Under the pieces are notes generated by a model. It ran no database searches and was not told the DNA's origin. It saw nothing but the letters and a program-made list of their open reading frames with translations. A stretch of DNA of 64,000 bases, from assembly GCF_947568905.1 (NCBI RefSeq), contig NC_079169.1, positions 78,678,001-78,742,000 of the forward strand, written 5' to 3'. Origin of the DNA: Ostrea edulis (Eukaryota). A program made the position numbers and the translations under genes. Shown piece by piece: positions 24,396 through 37,147 of this stretch (position 1 is the first letter of the stretch; each line of letters opens with the position of its first letter).

Positions 24396-24767
24396 AGGCA
24401 CTTGGGGCATGAATCATGACACACACACACCCTTTGCACGCACACACACACACACACACAATAACACCTCATTTTTCCTGATCTGAGATAGACTTATATT
24501 TTTCTATTTATGTTTTGTAAATCTGTTATTTTTCGTCTGTGTCACGTATTAGTAAAAATCATGTTATCAGCTATCATAAGATGAGTCTCATAATCCCCGA
24601 TAACTACGTGACACAGACGAAAAATATCAAGTTTTGGATGATGTGTAATGCATATTTACAAACATGAATAGAAAAATATAAGTCTATCCCAGATCAGAAA
24701 AAATGAGGTGTTATGGTGTGTGCAAGGGGGGGGGGGGGGGGTGTCATGATTCATGCCCCAAGTGCCT
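24396..24767. mobile_element. Fold-back MITE (~372 bp) in galectin intron 3
   Basis: AGGCACTTGGGGCATGAATCATGAC... / ...GTCATGATTCATGCCCCAAGTGCCT, with long imperfect inverted arms. Confidence 0.8.
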
Positions 24768-24819
24768 CTGTTCGTTGCATGAATTCCGTTGTTTGAAGGG
24801 ATAAGTTTATGTTCTTCAG

Positions 24820-24996
24820 GTATCAGTGAATGGCAGACATTTCTGCGATTTTCGCCATAGAATCGAGAAACATCACGTGAACACGTTGACGATTGAGGGC
24901 GGAGTACAGATCAGCAGTATTCGATTCGATGGAGCTCAAGGTCACGGACAGGGCGTAGGGGGCTTTCTTGGTCGAGTTGTTGGAGAGATGACGAAG
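24820..24996 (+). CDS. Galectin exon 4 (end of N-CRD and Gly-rich linker)
   Basis: VSVNGRHFCDFRHRI...LTIEGGVQISSIRF; AG/GT borders, phase 0. Confidence 0.9.
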
Positions 24997-25741
24997 GTTT
25001 GGGGCATTAGCTGACCCTCTAAAACTAATAACTCATTAACACAAATGAAGAAGCTCTTAAAGCTGATATATTTTTGCTAGAGTGTAAATTCATAATTTAA
25101 ACCAACTTTTATTCTAGATTACCAATAGTTATCATTGAAGGCAAGGAAAAGGTAGCACAATACATAAAAGTTTCTTATTTACATAACGTGACACGTGACC
25201 AATTGTCTCCTATGTTGTGTGATCTGGGACACTGTTCAAAGTAAAATGGGGAGGAGATAAGTATTGAGGGTCTGTGAAAGATTTAGTGGACAATGAAACT
25301 TGCATCAGTATGTGGCAGGGAATAAAAGTTGGTTTGTATTTTTTTTTTTTTTTTTTTTTTTTGGATAGACATGATCTAGGACAGCTGAGTCTCAAACCGT
25401 ATTTTCATATTACGAAGATACCAGTCAGTTTGTTCTCAGTGCATGTATAAGTACCCCTACCCGTACGTGTCCTGACAGATACGAAGTCTGTCCTAGTTCA
25501 ACAATTCATTGTAAATAAATGTATCATACTAATATATCGTAATCACATGTCTTAAATAGTGACACACTGATAACCGATTTCTAATCACGTGCTACAATTT
25601 CCTTAGACACTTGTTAAGGTGACGCAAAGTTAGAAATAGACACACATAAAAATATTTTACCATACTTTGTTTTATGTTTTAAAAAAGTAGTCGGTCAATT
25701 TTATTTACACAAGAAGTCATGGATAATAATTGTTTTTTAAG

Positions 25742-25831
25742 GCTGCCATGCCCACACCATCTCCACCAGCTGGGGCCTACCCTCCGGCCGGGGGGTACCC
25801 AGGAGGGGGAGCCCAACCCATGTATAATCCC
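25742..25831 (+). CDS. Galectin exon 5 (Pro/Gly/Tyr linker)
   Basis: AAMPTPSPPAGAYPPAGGYPGGGAQPMYNP; donor |GTGAGT. Confidence 0.85.
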
Positions 25832-25915
25832 GTGAGTAAAATTGGCTACTAGTTTTAATGGGTTTTTTTCCACATTGAAAATTGCACTATCAACTCATGA
25901 TATATATAAATTTAG

Positions 25916-26004
25916 CCGATGCCATTTACCACGCCCATTTCTGGAGGAATTTTTCCAGGGAAAATGATTTTCATCAGTGGAGTCCCAAATCCGAATGCAG
26001 AAAG
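25916..26004 (+). CDS. Galectin exon 6 (C-CRD start)
   Basis: PMPFTTPISGGIFPGKMIFISGVPNPNAER; same length (89 nt) and phase as exon 2. Confidence 0.9.
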
Positions 26005-26597
26005 GTAAGATAGCAGGAATCCACATCATACTCTATAACCATTTTGTCCTGTAAAATTACGAATTCTGTAACGATTCCTAACATGAATATAAAGCCATTA
26101 CATTAAATTGAATATTAATTTTCTCGAAGACTGATTTGGTCGCACACAAAATTGATTTATACCTTATCAGGAAAGGGGTGGCTTCAAAGGCATATGGTAT
26201 TTTGTACTACTGTTAGATAATGAAGTATGGAATAAATGGGACTCGGAGTTCATAGGGAGGCTAAACGCAAACGTCTCGTGCTAGTTGATGAATCAGCTAA
26301 ATTGCATGTACATTGTAAAGATGTTTTATGATACCGTTGTGTTGCCGGTGTAGCATGCATTTGAAATTTTGACTCGCTCTTGAAACACGATCTAAGATTA
26401 TCTTACAACTTTGAAATTCGATTCCAACGTCGCGGACTTCGACAGGTGGTGTTGATAGAAAAGAAAACTCACAACTTTAGACCAATTCCACGCCTTGAAA
26501 ATGAACATCGTTGAATTTCGACCCAAAGTTATCGTAGCTCAGTTAATAAAATATCGGGTTAGTACCTGCAGAACCCAAGAGTCATTTCTTCATATCT

Positions 26598-26761
26598 AGG
26601 GCTCACGGCGGGTGTGACCGGTCAACAGGGGATGCTTACTCCTCCTAGGCACCTGATCCCACCTCTGGTGTGCCCAGGGGTCCGTGTTTGCCCAACCATC
26701 TATTTTGTATTGCTTGTAGGAGTTATGAGATTGATCACTGTTCGTTATCTCCACCTTGCAT
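26598..26761 (+). mobile_element. Stand-alone 3' module of the Penelope-like element (galectin intron 6)
   Basis: GGGCTCACGGCGGGTGTGACCGGTCAACAGGGGATGCTTACTCCTCCTAGGCACCTGATCCC...CACCTTGCAT, near-identical to the copies at 37148 and 57325. Confidence 0.8.
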
Positions 26762-26889
26762 CTATTGAAATAATTTTTTTTGAAAATCATGTTAAATACC
26801 CTAAAATGCTTATTTTTGCCTTTTTGACATATCTACTTGTTATATATCATCATATCTTTCATAATTAAATCTTTTCAAGATGTAGTAAG

Positions 26890-27150
26890 TCACCTTAAAG
26901 CTGGCGTTCGCTTCGCAACCGGTTGGCCCGCGTTCCATTCCTTCGCCAAGCACCAGGCATTAGAAGTGAAAGTCACGGATCTTTCGTATGAGCTTGAAAA
27001 TAGAGGTCAGGTGTTACCGTAACCGTTGGCACGAGAAAAAAACACCTCGCCGTACAGCCCTGACCGCTACGATTGGGCATCTACAGCTGGTCAGCCTCTA
27101 CATGAATGGAAAAAAAATCTCGAATGAGCCAGAAAACAATCTACAAATGA
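26890..27150 (+). mobile_element. Degenerate tRNA-derived Meta-type SINE
   Basis: GCGTTCGCTTCGCA head, then GGCATTAGAAGTGAAAGTCACGG...GTTGGCACG...CTACAGCTGGT. Confidence 0.5.
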
Positions 27151-28182
27151 AAAGATACATTGACTTTGTAAGAGAAATAGCTTCATCTTCGATAAACAAT
27201 TTGTAACAATACCAAAACTAGATCAAAATATATATTTCGATCATTTTCAGATTATAGGAGTTACATCATTTTTTCGTTTCACTAATGCCGAGCTGACCTC
27301 CTCGATTTCTTTCTTTCACCATTCTTAAATTTATTTTTTTGCTACGACGAAATTTTATTCCATCTTCATGATAAAATTCATTACATTATCTACGAAGTTT
27401 TCCTTTTTAAAAATTTTTGACTTAGAAACAACCCCTTTGAGTACATGTACTTCTAAATGTTCTGTATTCGGAAGCGTCCATTTCCGATAAAACTCCATCA
27501 ACCGAAGTACTTCCGACATATTTCAATCAATGGGTTCTGCAAACGACCTCATTTACCACGTGCTTAGACGTTCAGGAGGGAGTATTAGCAATACTTGAAA
27601 GGACGACATTTCACAATATCTATCAGACGGATGCGTTTGTGGTATTCCTTTACTATACTATGACTTCAATCAGAACCCCCCCCCCCCCCTGAAAACCCAC
27701 TAAATCTCCATTCAGGCTTCACAGGATTTGATCACATAACCATGACCGCCCCACTTCATTCCCATTGAAGTTTTTAAAATGGTTATTCATTTCTTGAATG
27801 ATGACGGCATCTTCAGAGAAGAGAGATAATTAAACTTAAGATTAAATTAACAAATAAGTTGAATTAGAATATCTCATGTAGGTCTTGTAAGAATATTGAC
27901 AAAGATGCACATCTCCGATTTCTTCTTGAGAGATTTGGTTGGGTATCATGATATACCAGCTATTCCACGTATTCATCCTGAAGGGGTCAAGTTCACCGAA
28001 AATCATGTTATTGTCTGCAGTTTAAAGACTTGTCGGAAAGAAGCTTAAAATAAACCTTAATCTAACATGTGTAATGTGTAAAAAGTCAGTTATACAGAGG
28101 TGGAACTCTTCAGTCTTCACCAGGTGTTCAAGGGCACGAATGAAGAACTGCTCTGTCATTTTCCCTTCTCTTCACTTTCAAG

Positions 28183-28216
<34 letters not shown>

Positions 28217-28389
28217 GACCAACATTCAGACAAAGCAGTGTCCAGTGACACATATATATAGTATTTTAACTAAAATAATGTAATAATTGGGGGCCATTTT
28301 TCTGCTGAGTCATTTGTTCACACCAAAGACCCTCGGAGTCAAACTTTTACAGGTTGACACATACATGCACTTCTCGGTCATTATTCTAT

Positions 28390-28434
<45 letters not shown>

Positions 28435-28570
28435 GGTCTTTTATTTCGCTACACCGAAAAACAAAATCGGTATCGCCAATCACTTTCCATTTCCGGAGAC
28501 TCCGGCAACATCATTATTATCGGGATAGTGGAAAGCACTCAGTATTTTCTCATGTTTGGTCTTATTTTAG

Positions 28571-28787
28571 GTTCACGTTGAACCTAATGTGTGGTCCCTA
28601 CGACGGAAGTGACATTGCGCTTCATTGTGATGTCCGTCTGCGAGTTGGAGGTGATTTTAATGTCGTCCTGAGAAATTCCTGCCAGGGTGGTGGCTGGGGA
28701 GCAGAAGAGAGACACAGCCCATACTTTCCTTTCATGCCAAATGCCAATTTTGACATGATTATCATGGCAGAACATGACAAATTCAAG
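28571..28787 (+). CDS. Galectin exon 7 (C-CRD core)
   Basis: RFTLNL...DIALHCDVRL...VLRNS...WGAEER...FK; TTTTAG| and |GTAAAA. Confidence 0.93.
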
Positions 28788-28879
28788 GTAAAATATTTTG
28801 AACACAGACTTCTTAAACTATACAATTTTTGACCTTGTGTTATTAGTACTGGGACGTACATGTCTTTTCCGCCTTGTAG

Positions 28880-28996
28880 ATTGCCGTGAACAATCAACAC
28901 TTGCTCGAGTTTAGACATCGACTGCAGCCACTAAACAGAATCGACACTCTACAGATTAAGGGCGACCTCCGACTGACTCAAGTCCGATTCCAATAA
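28880..28996 (+). CDS. Galectin exon 8 (to stop); spliced CDS 1008 nt = 335 aa
   Basis: IAVNNQHLLEFRHRLQPLNRIDTLQIKGDLRLTQVRFQ*. Confidence 0.92.
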   Translation: MAVNNQHLLEFRHRLQPLNRIDTLQIKGDLRLTQVRFQ

Positions 28997-29649
28997 ATTT
29001 ATATGTCATTATCATCATACATTCATACAAGAAACAAAATGCAGAGCAAATAATTGGTTAAAGTATTGTACATTTGTATTTTTGTTGAAACAAATGATTA
29101 TTTAATCTCTCTCTTTCACTCATATCAACATATGATATGGTACTTTCCTGCTATTTCAATACGATTATACAAATATCACTGGATAACCCAGGCAATAAAA
29201 ACACTAAGTGTATTTTATATCTATTTTTATTTATTACAATTGCAATGGACCTCAGAATAGGGGATTTTCTAGTTCTCCCCTGTCCATGTTTATTCTGTAT
29301 TTTAGTCACTATTGCGAATTTGTTTTCAGCCATAGTCATTTCCGGTTTCCGGTTTATCGTCGTTAAAGCAATCTCTCATACAGAGTTGTCGATCCTTAAC
29401 AGTGCTCACGTCGTTAAAGTGGAACGCCTATCAAACAAATACACAAGTACCGATTTGAGGATCTTTTTTTTTTTTTTTTCTTTTTTTTTTTTTTTGCATC
29501 AGAGGGATGTTTCTTGTTCCTTTTACCGTAAAAGTACCCTACAAATATGGCAAGCCGTTTGACTATTCGAAAAAGAAACTTTCAGAGATGTCTCTTTAAG
29601 AGAGATTTTCATCCATACATGTGTAGCAACCACCACCCATTTTTTAAAA

Positions 29650-30035
29650 ATTACCCAAAACAATAAAAATCAGGTGTAATTACCAATTTTGAGTATGCTG
29701 ATTTGAAATCTGGTTCCTTTTACTCCACTTTCTTATAGAAAATGAGGTATAGTGTCTTAAACACCCCTACCGTCAGGTTTCCAAAAACGGAAAACATTTC
29801 ATTTCCCATCAAAAAGTGACCCAAATTTATTTCTTGAAACATCATTACCCAAAACAATAAAAATCAGATGTAATTACCAATTTTGAGTATGCTGAATCCA
29901 AATCTGAATTCGTTTTACTCCACTTTCTTACAGAAAATGAGGTATAGTGTCTTAAACACCCCTACCGCCAGGTTGTCAAAAACGGAAAATGTTCCATTTC
30001 ACATTAAAAAGTGACCCAAAGTTATTTCTTGAAAT
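29650..30035. repeat. Direct tandem duplication of a ~195-bp unit
   Basis: TTACCCAAAACAATAAAAATCAG...GTGACCCAAA.TTATTTCTTGAAA occurs twice. Confidence 0.8.
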
Positions 30036-30300
30036 AAGGCATACAGCATTGAAAGGAAAACAATTGATACTAAATTGTTCCATGAACATTCTTAGTTGTT
30101 TTGGAAAAAATATATCTCACCTCTGGACTTCACAGATACAGGAAAGGAAGAGGTATACGGAGCGGATCAAAGATCTTAAATTTAATCAGATTGGGCCATA
30201 ACCTAATGAAATGATGAACAGGAGCAAAAGTAAAACTAATAGGAAAACTGATTTATTAAACATCAGTAAATATTTTCCGAGAACTTCTGGTAGAGCTGTT

Positions 30301-30302
<2 letters not shown>

Positions 30303-30365
<63 letters not shown>
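30303..30365. repeat. (GA)n microsatellite
   Basis: Seen directly. Confidence 0.95.
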
Positions 30366-30369
<4 letters not shown>

Positions 30370-31114
30370 GAGTTGCATCATTATAAGAATTTACCGAAAC
30401 ACTGGACTCTCTGGCCAGTCTGGGGGCTGAGTGGTATCAGAATCTGTCTGAGAATGAATGGTTGAAATGTTTATTATTTAATTATTCTTATTTTTTCAGA
30501 ATTCAGAAATTTAAAAACTGCATGATCAGATTTTTTTGTAACACCAATAATGTTCCTTTATTGCAATGGCTCTTCAAGTACAAACCATGATATTAAAAAA
30601 ATGAAATTAAATGATAGATAAATAAATAAAATATTTGTCTGTAAATTACTTTATTTATCTGGATTTAGTAAGTCACTAAGTGTAACTAGTGGCACTGCAA
30701 CTTGCAAGTGAAAATTGTATCCATCTGTAGCTATGACCCTTTTAAATTTGCCTTGCCTAGTAATTAATATTGTTGAAAAATTGGCAAATAGCAGTTTTAG
30801 CCCCCGAGTCCATACTCCACTTTTCTCTAAACACTAAAAATCCAGCAGTCGCTACTACATTTCGAATTTCCTCTAGACTATATCAAATTAAATACCGCAC
30901 TACTATCAGTCACAGATTGACACTGCTAGGGGTATAAAGAGCTGGTCTGTGGGTGTGATGAAAAAGATTCTGATGAAAATAAAGATTCATTCATCATTCA
31001 GAAATGCATGTGATGTATAAACATTGAATTATTGTATACTTCCGGTACGTTGTGTGTACGTTAATAATGAGAGTTATCTTTCCTTGGATATTGAAATCAA
31101 TTAAGTACTATATC

Positions 31115-31554
31115 AATCTACCTAGGTTGTCGTTCCTTGCGCTCACTTACACCTCTATTAACGTCTCAAAATATGCAATGTTATTCCACATGTAAATCCA
31201 CTTTTTTACGGCTAATAAAACGAAGAACTATTTTATAAAATATCGGGAAAATGTACGACAAGCAACTATTTGTAGATTTTTTCCCATTACTATATATTCT
31301 TCAAGTACCTATGTATAGGCCTGGTGCAACAGAACTATCCAATATCCACGTTTCAACCCAAATCAATGCTTCTTGTGTCACAAAAAGACTTGACATCTGT
31401 TCAATATTTATTTATTTACGTATGTTTTTGTAACTGAAGTCAAAACCATACTTTATATGAGCATACGTGCCATTTTACAAAACTCTTGTAAAACCCCATG
31501 GACGTTGACAGAGGTGTAAGTGAGTGCAAGGAACGATATCTCTGGGTAGAGATT
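31115..31554. mobile_element. MITE with ~50-bp imperfect TIRs (second copy at 39406-39844)
   Basis: AATCTACC.AGGTTGTCGTTCCTTGCGCTCACTTACACCTCT / AGAGGTGTAAGTGAGTGCAAGGAACGATATCTCTGGGTAGAGATT. Confidence 0.7.
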
Positions 31555-31654
31555 GGCTAATGTCATGTGTGCACATCGAAAACCATGTAAAATCATTTTG
31601 GGAGCGCTTCCGCTTTAGGGAGCAATGCGTGTGCTTTTAAGAATAATTTTTAAA

Positions 31655-32015
31655 AATCAAGACAGATATTTCTTTCAGTTGGAGAGATATCTCTTGAACT
31701 CGGAAAGAGATATCTTTTCTGTTTTAAGAGATATCTTTCATGCAAAATCTTGTAAAGCTATCTCTTAAAGGGATATCTCTTTAAATGAAAGAGAGGTCTC
31801 TCTAAGGGAAAGAGATATCTCAAACTAAGAGAGATATCTTTCAAATTTAAAGAGATATCTCTTACTTTAAAGAGATATCTCTTAACCCTAAGAGATATCT
31901 CCTAACCTTAAGAGATCTTTCAAAGTTGAGGGATATATCTTTAAAGTAAGAAATATCTCTTTAAATCAGAAAGATATCTCTCAAAGTTTAAGAGATATCT
32001 CTTTTTCGAATAAAT
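31655..32015. repeat. Array of AGAGATATCTCT palindromic units (second copy at ~39950-40300)
   Basis: Roughly 15 AGATATCT-centred motifs spaced ~21 bp apart. Confidence 0.8.
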
Positions 32016-33731
32016 AGTAAAACGGATTGCAATGCTCAAAGGCGATGTAAGCTTGCGATTGGTATGAATTCAAAAATGCTGATGTAGATTAATACAGAAT
32101 GAAGGTGTTGCACGTCTCGTGTTAATTTCCATAAAAGTGTTGCATGATCATGAAATATCGGTAAAATTAAGTTATTCAAATATATGATAAAACCAATTCA
32201 AACTTATGTCTTAATTCAAACATTTCTGGAAATGAGTTTAAAAGACGTGTATTGACAAAAATTAGCCAAAATAATAATCAAGCAATAAATGATTTATACG
32301 ATTTTTAGCGTTAAAATGAAGGGGTACATGTATCCCCGAATTTCAGAAAAACTGCCTTCGTGAAACAAAATGAATTAGCATGAGCATGTTCTTCGAGTTT
32401 TCCACCAAAAACTGTCGCTTTTAAATTTTGTTTCACGGGGACATTTTTTTGTAAATTTCAAAAAATCGAAATGACTTCACTGATATTATTTTCAACGTCA
32501 TCTGTACGTTAAATTTCCTTAGTAATGTATGGTCTACTGCGTGGTTCAGTGGATAAGGTCACTGTATAGATGGTTTCTTTTTTTTAAACGACCAGGTTCG
32601 AACCCCTCACGAACATAATATATATTTTTTGGACACTGTTTAATGTGTGAATTATAGGACTCACACCAAACACACCGAATACAAAATGCAATACCTGTGT
32701 TTTAATTGTCAAGGTTGCGAACGAGAACTTGTATGTTTTTCTGAGTGAAAGTTGTTGACAAAGGCATCGTACCTTCTTCGAAGAACTGTTGTGAACTTTG
32801 CAAAGCTTTGAAAGAAAAACTTTAAGGCCAAACAAGGTAAATAATCGTTAAACAGTTTTTAAAGTGGATAAGATGATATGTATTCCAATAGCAAATTGCT
32901 ATGGGCAATCAGTGTTTTCAGGTGCATGTACTTCGAATTATGTTGAACTGCGTATTAAATGCTTCCCATATTTGTTTTATGGTCGGAGTCATATACAGAT
33001 GTTTGTAGAAAATAATACATACGAGTATAAGAACTTTTAGACTGTAGTAGTATAGAATATTATATATTTGATACAGGATTTCAAGAATTATGTTTAGACT
33101 ACATGTACAATGTATTGACACATAAAATGTATTAGACTTGTCTTTAGTACTGGGGAATCATGGCAAATGTGCAATAAGAGTATAAATATGGATGAAGGTC
33201 ATTGTACATCACGAGTGCTGGCACAGAGATCCGATTAGGGAAAGTTCCCGCTTTGGTGCAACACCCTCTTTTGATCTCAATCGCCGATCGGTATAGGAAG
33301 ATGATAGAATGATTGAATTGTTAAAAATCATCACAATGAAAATCTGGTTAAAGAATCCAAATGACATGCAAGATATTGAAAATTATGGTGTCATGATTGA
33401 TCTTTTATCAATATTGCCTCTAGAATCACAGACATTCACTGGGTCATTGGCAGATCCAAGGGGAAGGGGTTCGGGGGTTGGACCTCCCGGCCCTTCTCTT
33501 GGACATCTATGTACCTGTAGTATTTTAACATTATAATGCTATTTGTTGACAATCTCGACGTTTTTAATATAGATAATAAAAAGTTGTCTTCCTGTAAACA
33601 AACAATTCAATAGTTTCACGGTGGCGAATTACTTGACTTTGACATGATCAATGACTCGGAAAAATACCGACGAAAGTCTACACAAGGGAAAATTCAGACA
33701 AGTAACACTTTTATCAATAACGAATTGTATA

Positions 33732-36700
33732 TCAGCATTTGAAGAATTTTCCCAGGAACAAAGCTATACTAAAATGGTATAAGCGGTTTTTTCTTCTGTG
33801 ATGTGTTCCATCACTCTGGACGATGCATGAACGTCTAGTTGAATGTAAGTCTTTGATGTTCCCACTTGTCCACTGTTCAGATGGATTCTTCATCATTACG
33901 TTGTCTCCTGGCTTAAGAAGTTTCAGTGGCTCTTTTCTGGCATGTTTGTTGAAGTTTTCCTCCTGTTTTTCCTGACGAAATTTAAGCTTGACCAGGGTAT
34001 CCTCATTTATGTTCGATTTCAACAAAGGCAGTGTTGTTGGTACAATAGATTTCAGTCTTTGCCCTAGAAACATCTGAGCAGGCGACAAGTCAATACCATC
34101 AATTTTGGTATTTCTGTACTCTAGCAGAGCTACATATGGATCATGAGATTTGGTGATAAGACGTTTCATCGTCTGGACCATGTGTTCTGTTTGTCCATTA
34201 GACTGAGCATAGTAAGGACTAATAGTTGAATGTGTGATCTGATATCCCTTTACGAATTCCCTAAATTCAAAACTGCTAAATTGTGGTCCATTATCGCTTA
34301 TGGTAATGTCCAGAATTCCGTATTTGGCAATCATGCTCTAACATGAGTGATCACACACTTAGATGTCAATGATTTAAGTCTAGCCACCACAGGCCACTTT
34401 GACAAGTAATCAACAGTGAGTAAATAATTAGTTCCATCGAGTTAAAATAGACCCATACCAGTCTTGTAGGTAATTCGCTTAGAATCATCAGTTCTTTAAG
34501 ATTCATGGCTTGGTACTTTGCACAAATCTCACAGGAACTTACAAGGTTTTCAATGTCTTTCCCCATACCATTTCAAAACAGAATGTCTCTTGCACGGTTT
34601 TTATTCTTGACAATTCCTTGATGTCCAGCGTGAAGTTTCTCCAGCAATTTGTTTTGCAGCGACTTCGGAACCATGCGCTTATGAGACTTATAGAGAATAC
34701 CATCAATACAAGAGATGTCGTCTCTGAAATTCCAGTAGGTCCTAATTTCTGGAGATAGATCAGCTTTGTTGTCCTGCCATCCAACTAAGACCGTATCCAT
34801 GAGGTGCTCTAACTCCATATCATGACTGGTTTCTTTCCTAATCCGGTCCTGCATTTCCTGTGAGGTAGGTAAGTATGATGTAAGATGAATTTCATTCACC
34901 TGAAGATCTGGAACGAGTACCTCCTTTGTCTCCTTGAGAAAAGAACGACTCAAATGATCAGCTAGAAACATTTTCTTTCCTGGTTTGTGCATGACTTGTA
35001 TATCATACAATTAAAGTGCCAATACTAGTCTCTGTAGTCTTAGAGGTGTTGATAACACAGGCTTCTTAAAGATACTTTCAAGAGGTTTATGGTGTGATTC
35101 GACACACACACAGTGTCCATACACATAGTCGTGGAATTTAGTACATCCGTAAAGAATCGCAAGGGTTTCCTTCTCGATCTGAGAATAACGTTTTTGCGTC
35201 TCGGTCAAGGCACGAGATCCGTAGGCAACTGGCTTGTCATCCTGAATCAGAACAGCTCAAAGTAGCTTGGAACTAGCTAGCATCCACAGATAACAATACT
35301 GGTTTCTTCGGGTCGTGTACTGTAGAATTGGAGTACTAGTTGTCATATGTTTCAGTTCTGGACACTCTCCCCCTGTTCCCATCTCCAAGCTGTGTTTTTC
35401 TCCAGTAACTACCTGCTGACAGATAAGGCACAAACTTTCCTAGGTACTGTACATTTTCTGGACGATCCATTTCATGTACCGCATGGACTTTCTCTGGATC
35501 AGGCCTCAAACCAGAGACAGTAAATCTATGTCCAACATAGGTAACTTCGAACGTCTAATCTCACACTTGTCTGCACTGAGCTTCAAGTCGAATTGACGAG
35601 CACGTTCTTTTAATCGTCTGTCATGTTCTTCCACCGTGTTACCCCATATGATGATATCATCAATAATCGCTTTAGTTCCATCAAGATCCTGGACCGTCTC
35701 AGAAACAGCACGTTGGAAAACGTCCGGAGCAGACTTGATTCCAAACGGCAATCTGGTGAAACGATAACGTCCATATGGCGAGTTGAATGTACACAACTTC
35801 GAACTGTCTTCGTCTAGTTTGGTCTGCAAAAATCCAGATGTGGCATCCAATTCACTGAAAATTTGGCTCCAGGTATCACTGCTGCTACGTCCTGTACTGT
35901 TTTTAAAGGAAATGTTCACGCAATATACAACAGGTCAAGTCCCGGGATCAATACAGATCTTAATCTTTCCATTAGGCTTGGTAACAGTTACCATGGAATA
36001 GACCCACTAAGTAGCTCCATGCTGCTTAACAATCACTCCTTTTGCGCTCCATTTGATCCAACTCATCCTTGACCCTTGTCCTATAAGGCTAATGGGATCT
36101 TGCGTGGAGGATGTATAACCAGCTGCACATCTTTGTCTACCTTGATGGTGTAAGTGCCTGGTAAGCATACGAGTCTGGTAAATAAATCCTGATACTCCTG
36201 TAAGGTGTTATCTGGTAGAGCAGAAGTGTTTCTCCTTGTGAATGCTATACACTCTCTGTATAAGTCCTAGTTTGGTACATGTACCAGCTCCCAGTACAGC
36301 GTTCACTGGTTTGTCAACAATGTTAGAATTCACACTTGGCAGCGTACTATTTTTCAATGAACAAGGTAACTAACAGTTCCAGCACAAGGAATGTAGTGTC
36401 CTGAGAATGACTTCAATGGTGGAAGAGGTAGGTATGAGTTCTGCATTCCTGTCTGTTTTCTGTAGTAGAGTGTAAGAATCGCATTACATTTGGCTCCTAT
36501 ATCGAGTTGAAACTGAATACTAATGTTATTCACTTGAATGGTTTCAAACCAGTCTTTGTCTCTCTCATACCCCACATTCATAGTACCAATAAAGGAATTC
36601 CTCCTCAGACGTGCCTACTGCATGTATAGTTTTCACTTTGTTAGTTTTCTTTAAGCTTGTACCAGTTCGTTTGTTGTTTGATCAATACTTTGCAGTAAAG

Positions 36701-37135
36701 TTATTTAGTTTTCATATTTTCTACATGTTTCACTATAAGCAGATCATTCTTTGTAATCATGAGTCTTACCACAGTGTTCTACAGTCTTTCACTTTCTGCT
36801 TTGTACTTTTACTTCCATTTAGGCACGAGATATATGTTTCCTGTTTGTACCCTGTTCGTTTTCACTGAGATATCATGAACAGATTTGTCCTCCATGGACT
36901 GTACTTGTTACTTAGACAGTTCAGACGTTCTAGCGAAGTTAATAGCTTTCTCCAGTGTCAAATCTGACCCCTCACGTATACATTTTTCACGTACTTTATG
37001 GTCTTTGGTTCCAAACACAAGAGCTGCACGTATCATATCGTCTGGATCCTTATATCCACATTCTTTAACAAGAAGTCTGAGGTCTGTAAGGAATTTTCAA
37101 AAGTCTCACCTTTTTTCTGTGTCCTGCTAAGAAAA
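33732..37135 (-). mobile_element. Decayed Ty3/Gypsy retrotransposon internal region (gag-PR-RT-RH-IN), copy 1
   Basis: gag (..GSDLTLEKAINFAR.., Cys knuckle); protease FQLDIGAKCN; RT LDATSGF...FTRLPFGI...IIDD; RNase H YSQIEKE; integrase SDNGPQF...SPYYAQSNG. Multiple stops and frameshifts; no LTR recognised. Confidence 0.92.
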
Positions 37136-37147
37136 TAAAATTATTGT

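Noticed and set aside
26614-26868. Recurrent ORF MTGQQGMLTPPRHLIPPLVCPG... (also 37065, 45372)
   Set aside because: Non-coding 3' module of the Penelope-like repeat read with alternative starts.
28287-28570. N-terminal poly-Gly part of the 181-aa ORF
   Set aside because: Intronic poly-G tract; only 28571-28787 is the galectin exon.
32541-32605. tRNA-like A box (GTGGTTCAGTGG) and B box (GGTTCGAACCC)
   Set aside because: No cloverleaf or anticodon arm and a poly-T run between the boxes; at most a SINE-like remnant, not a tRNA gene.
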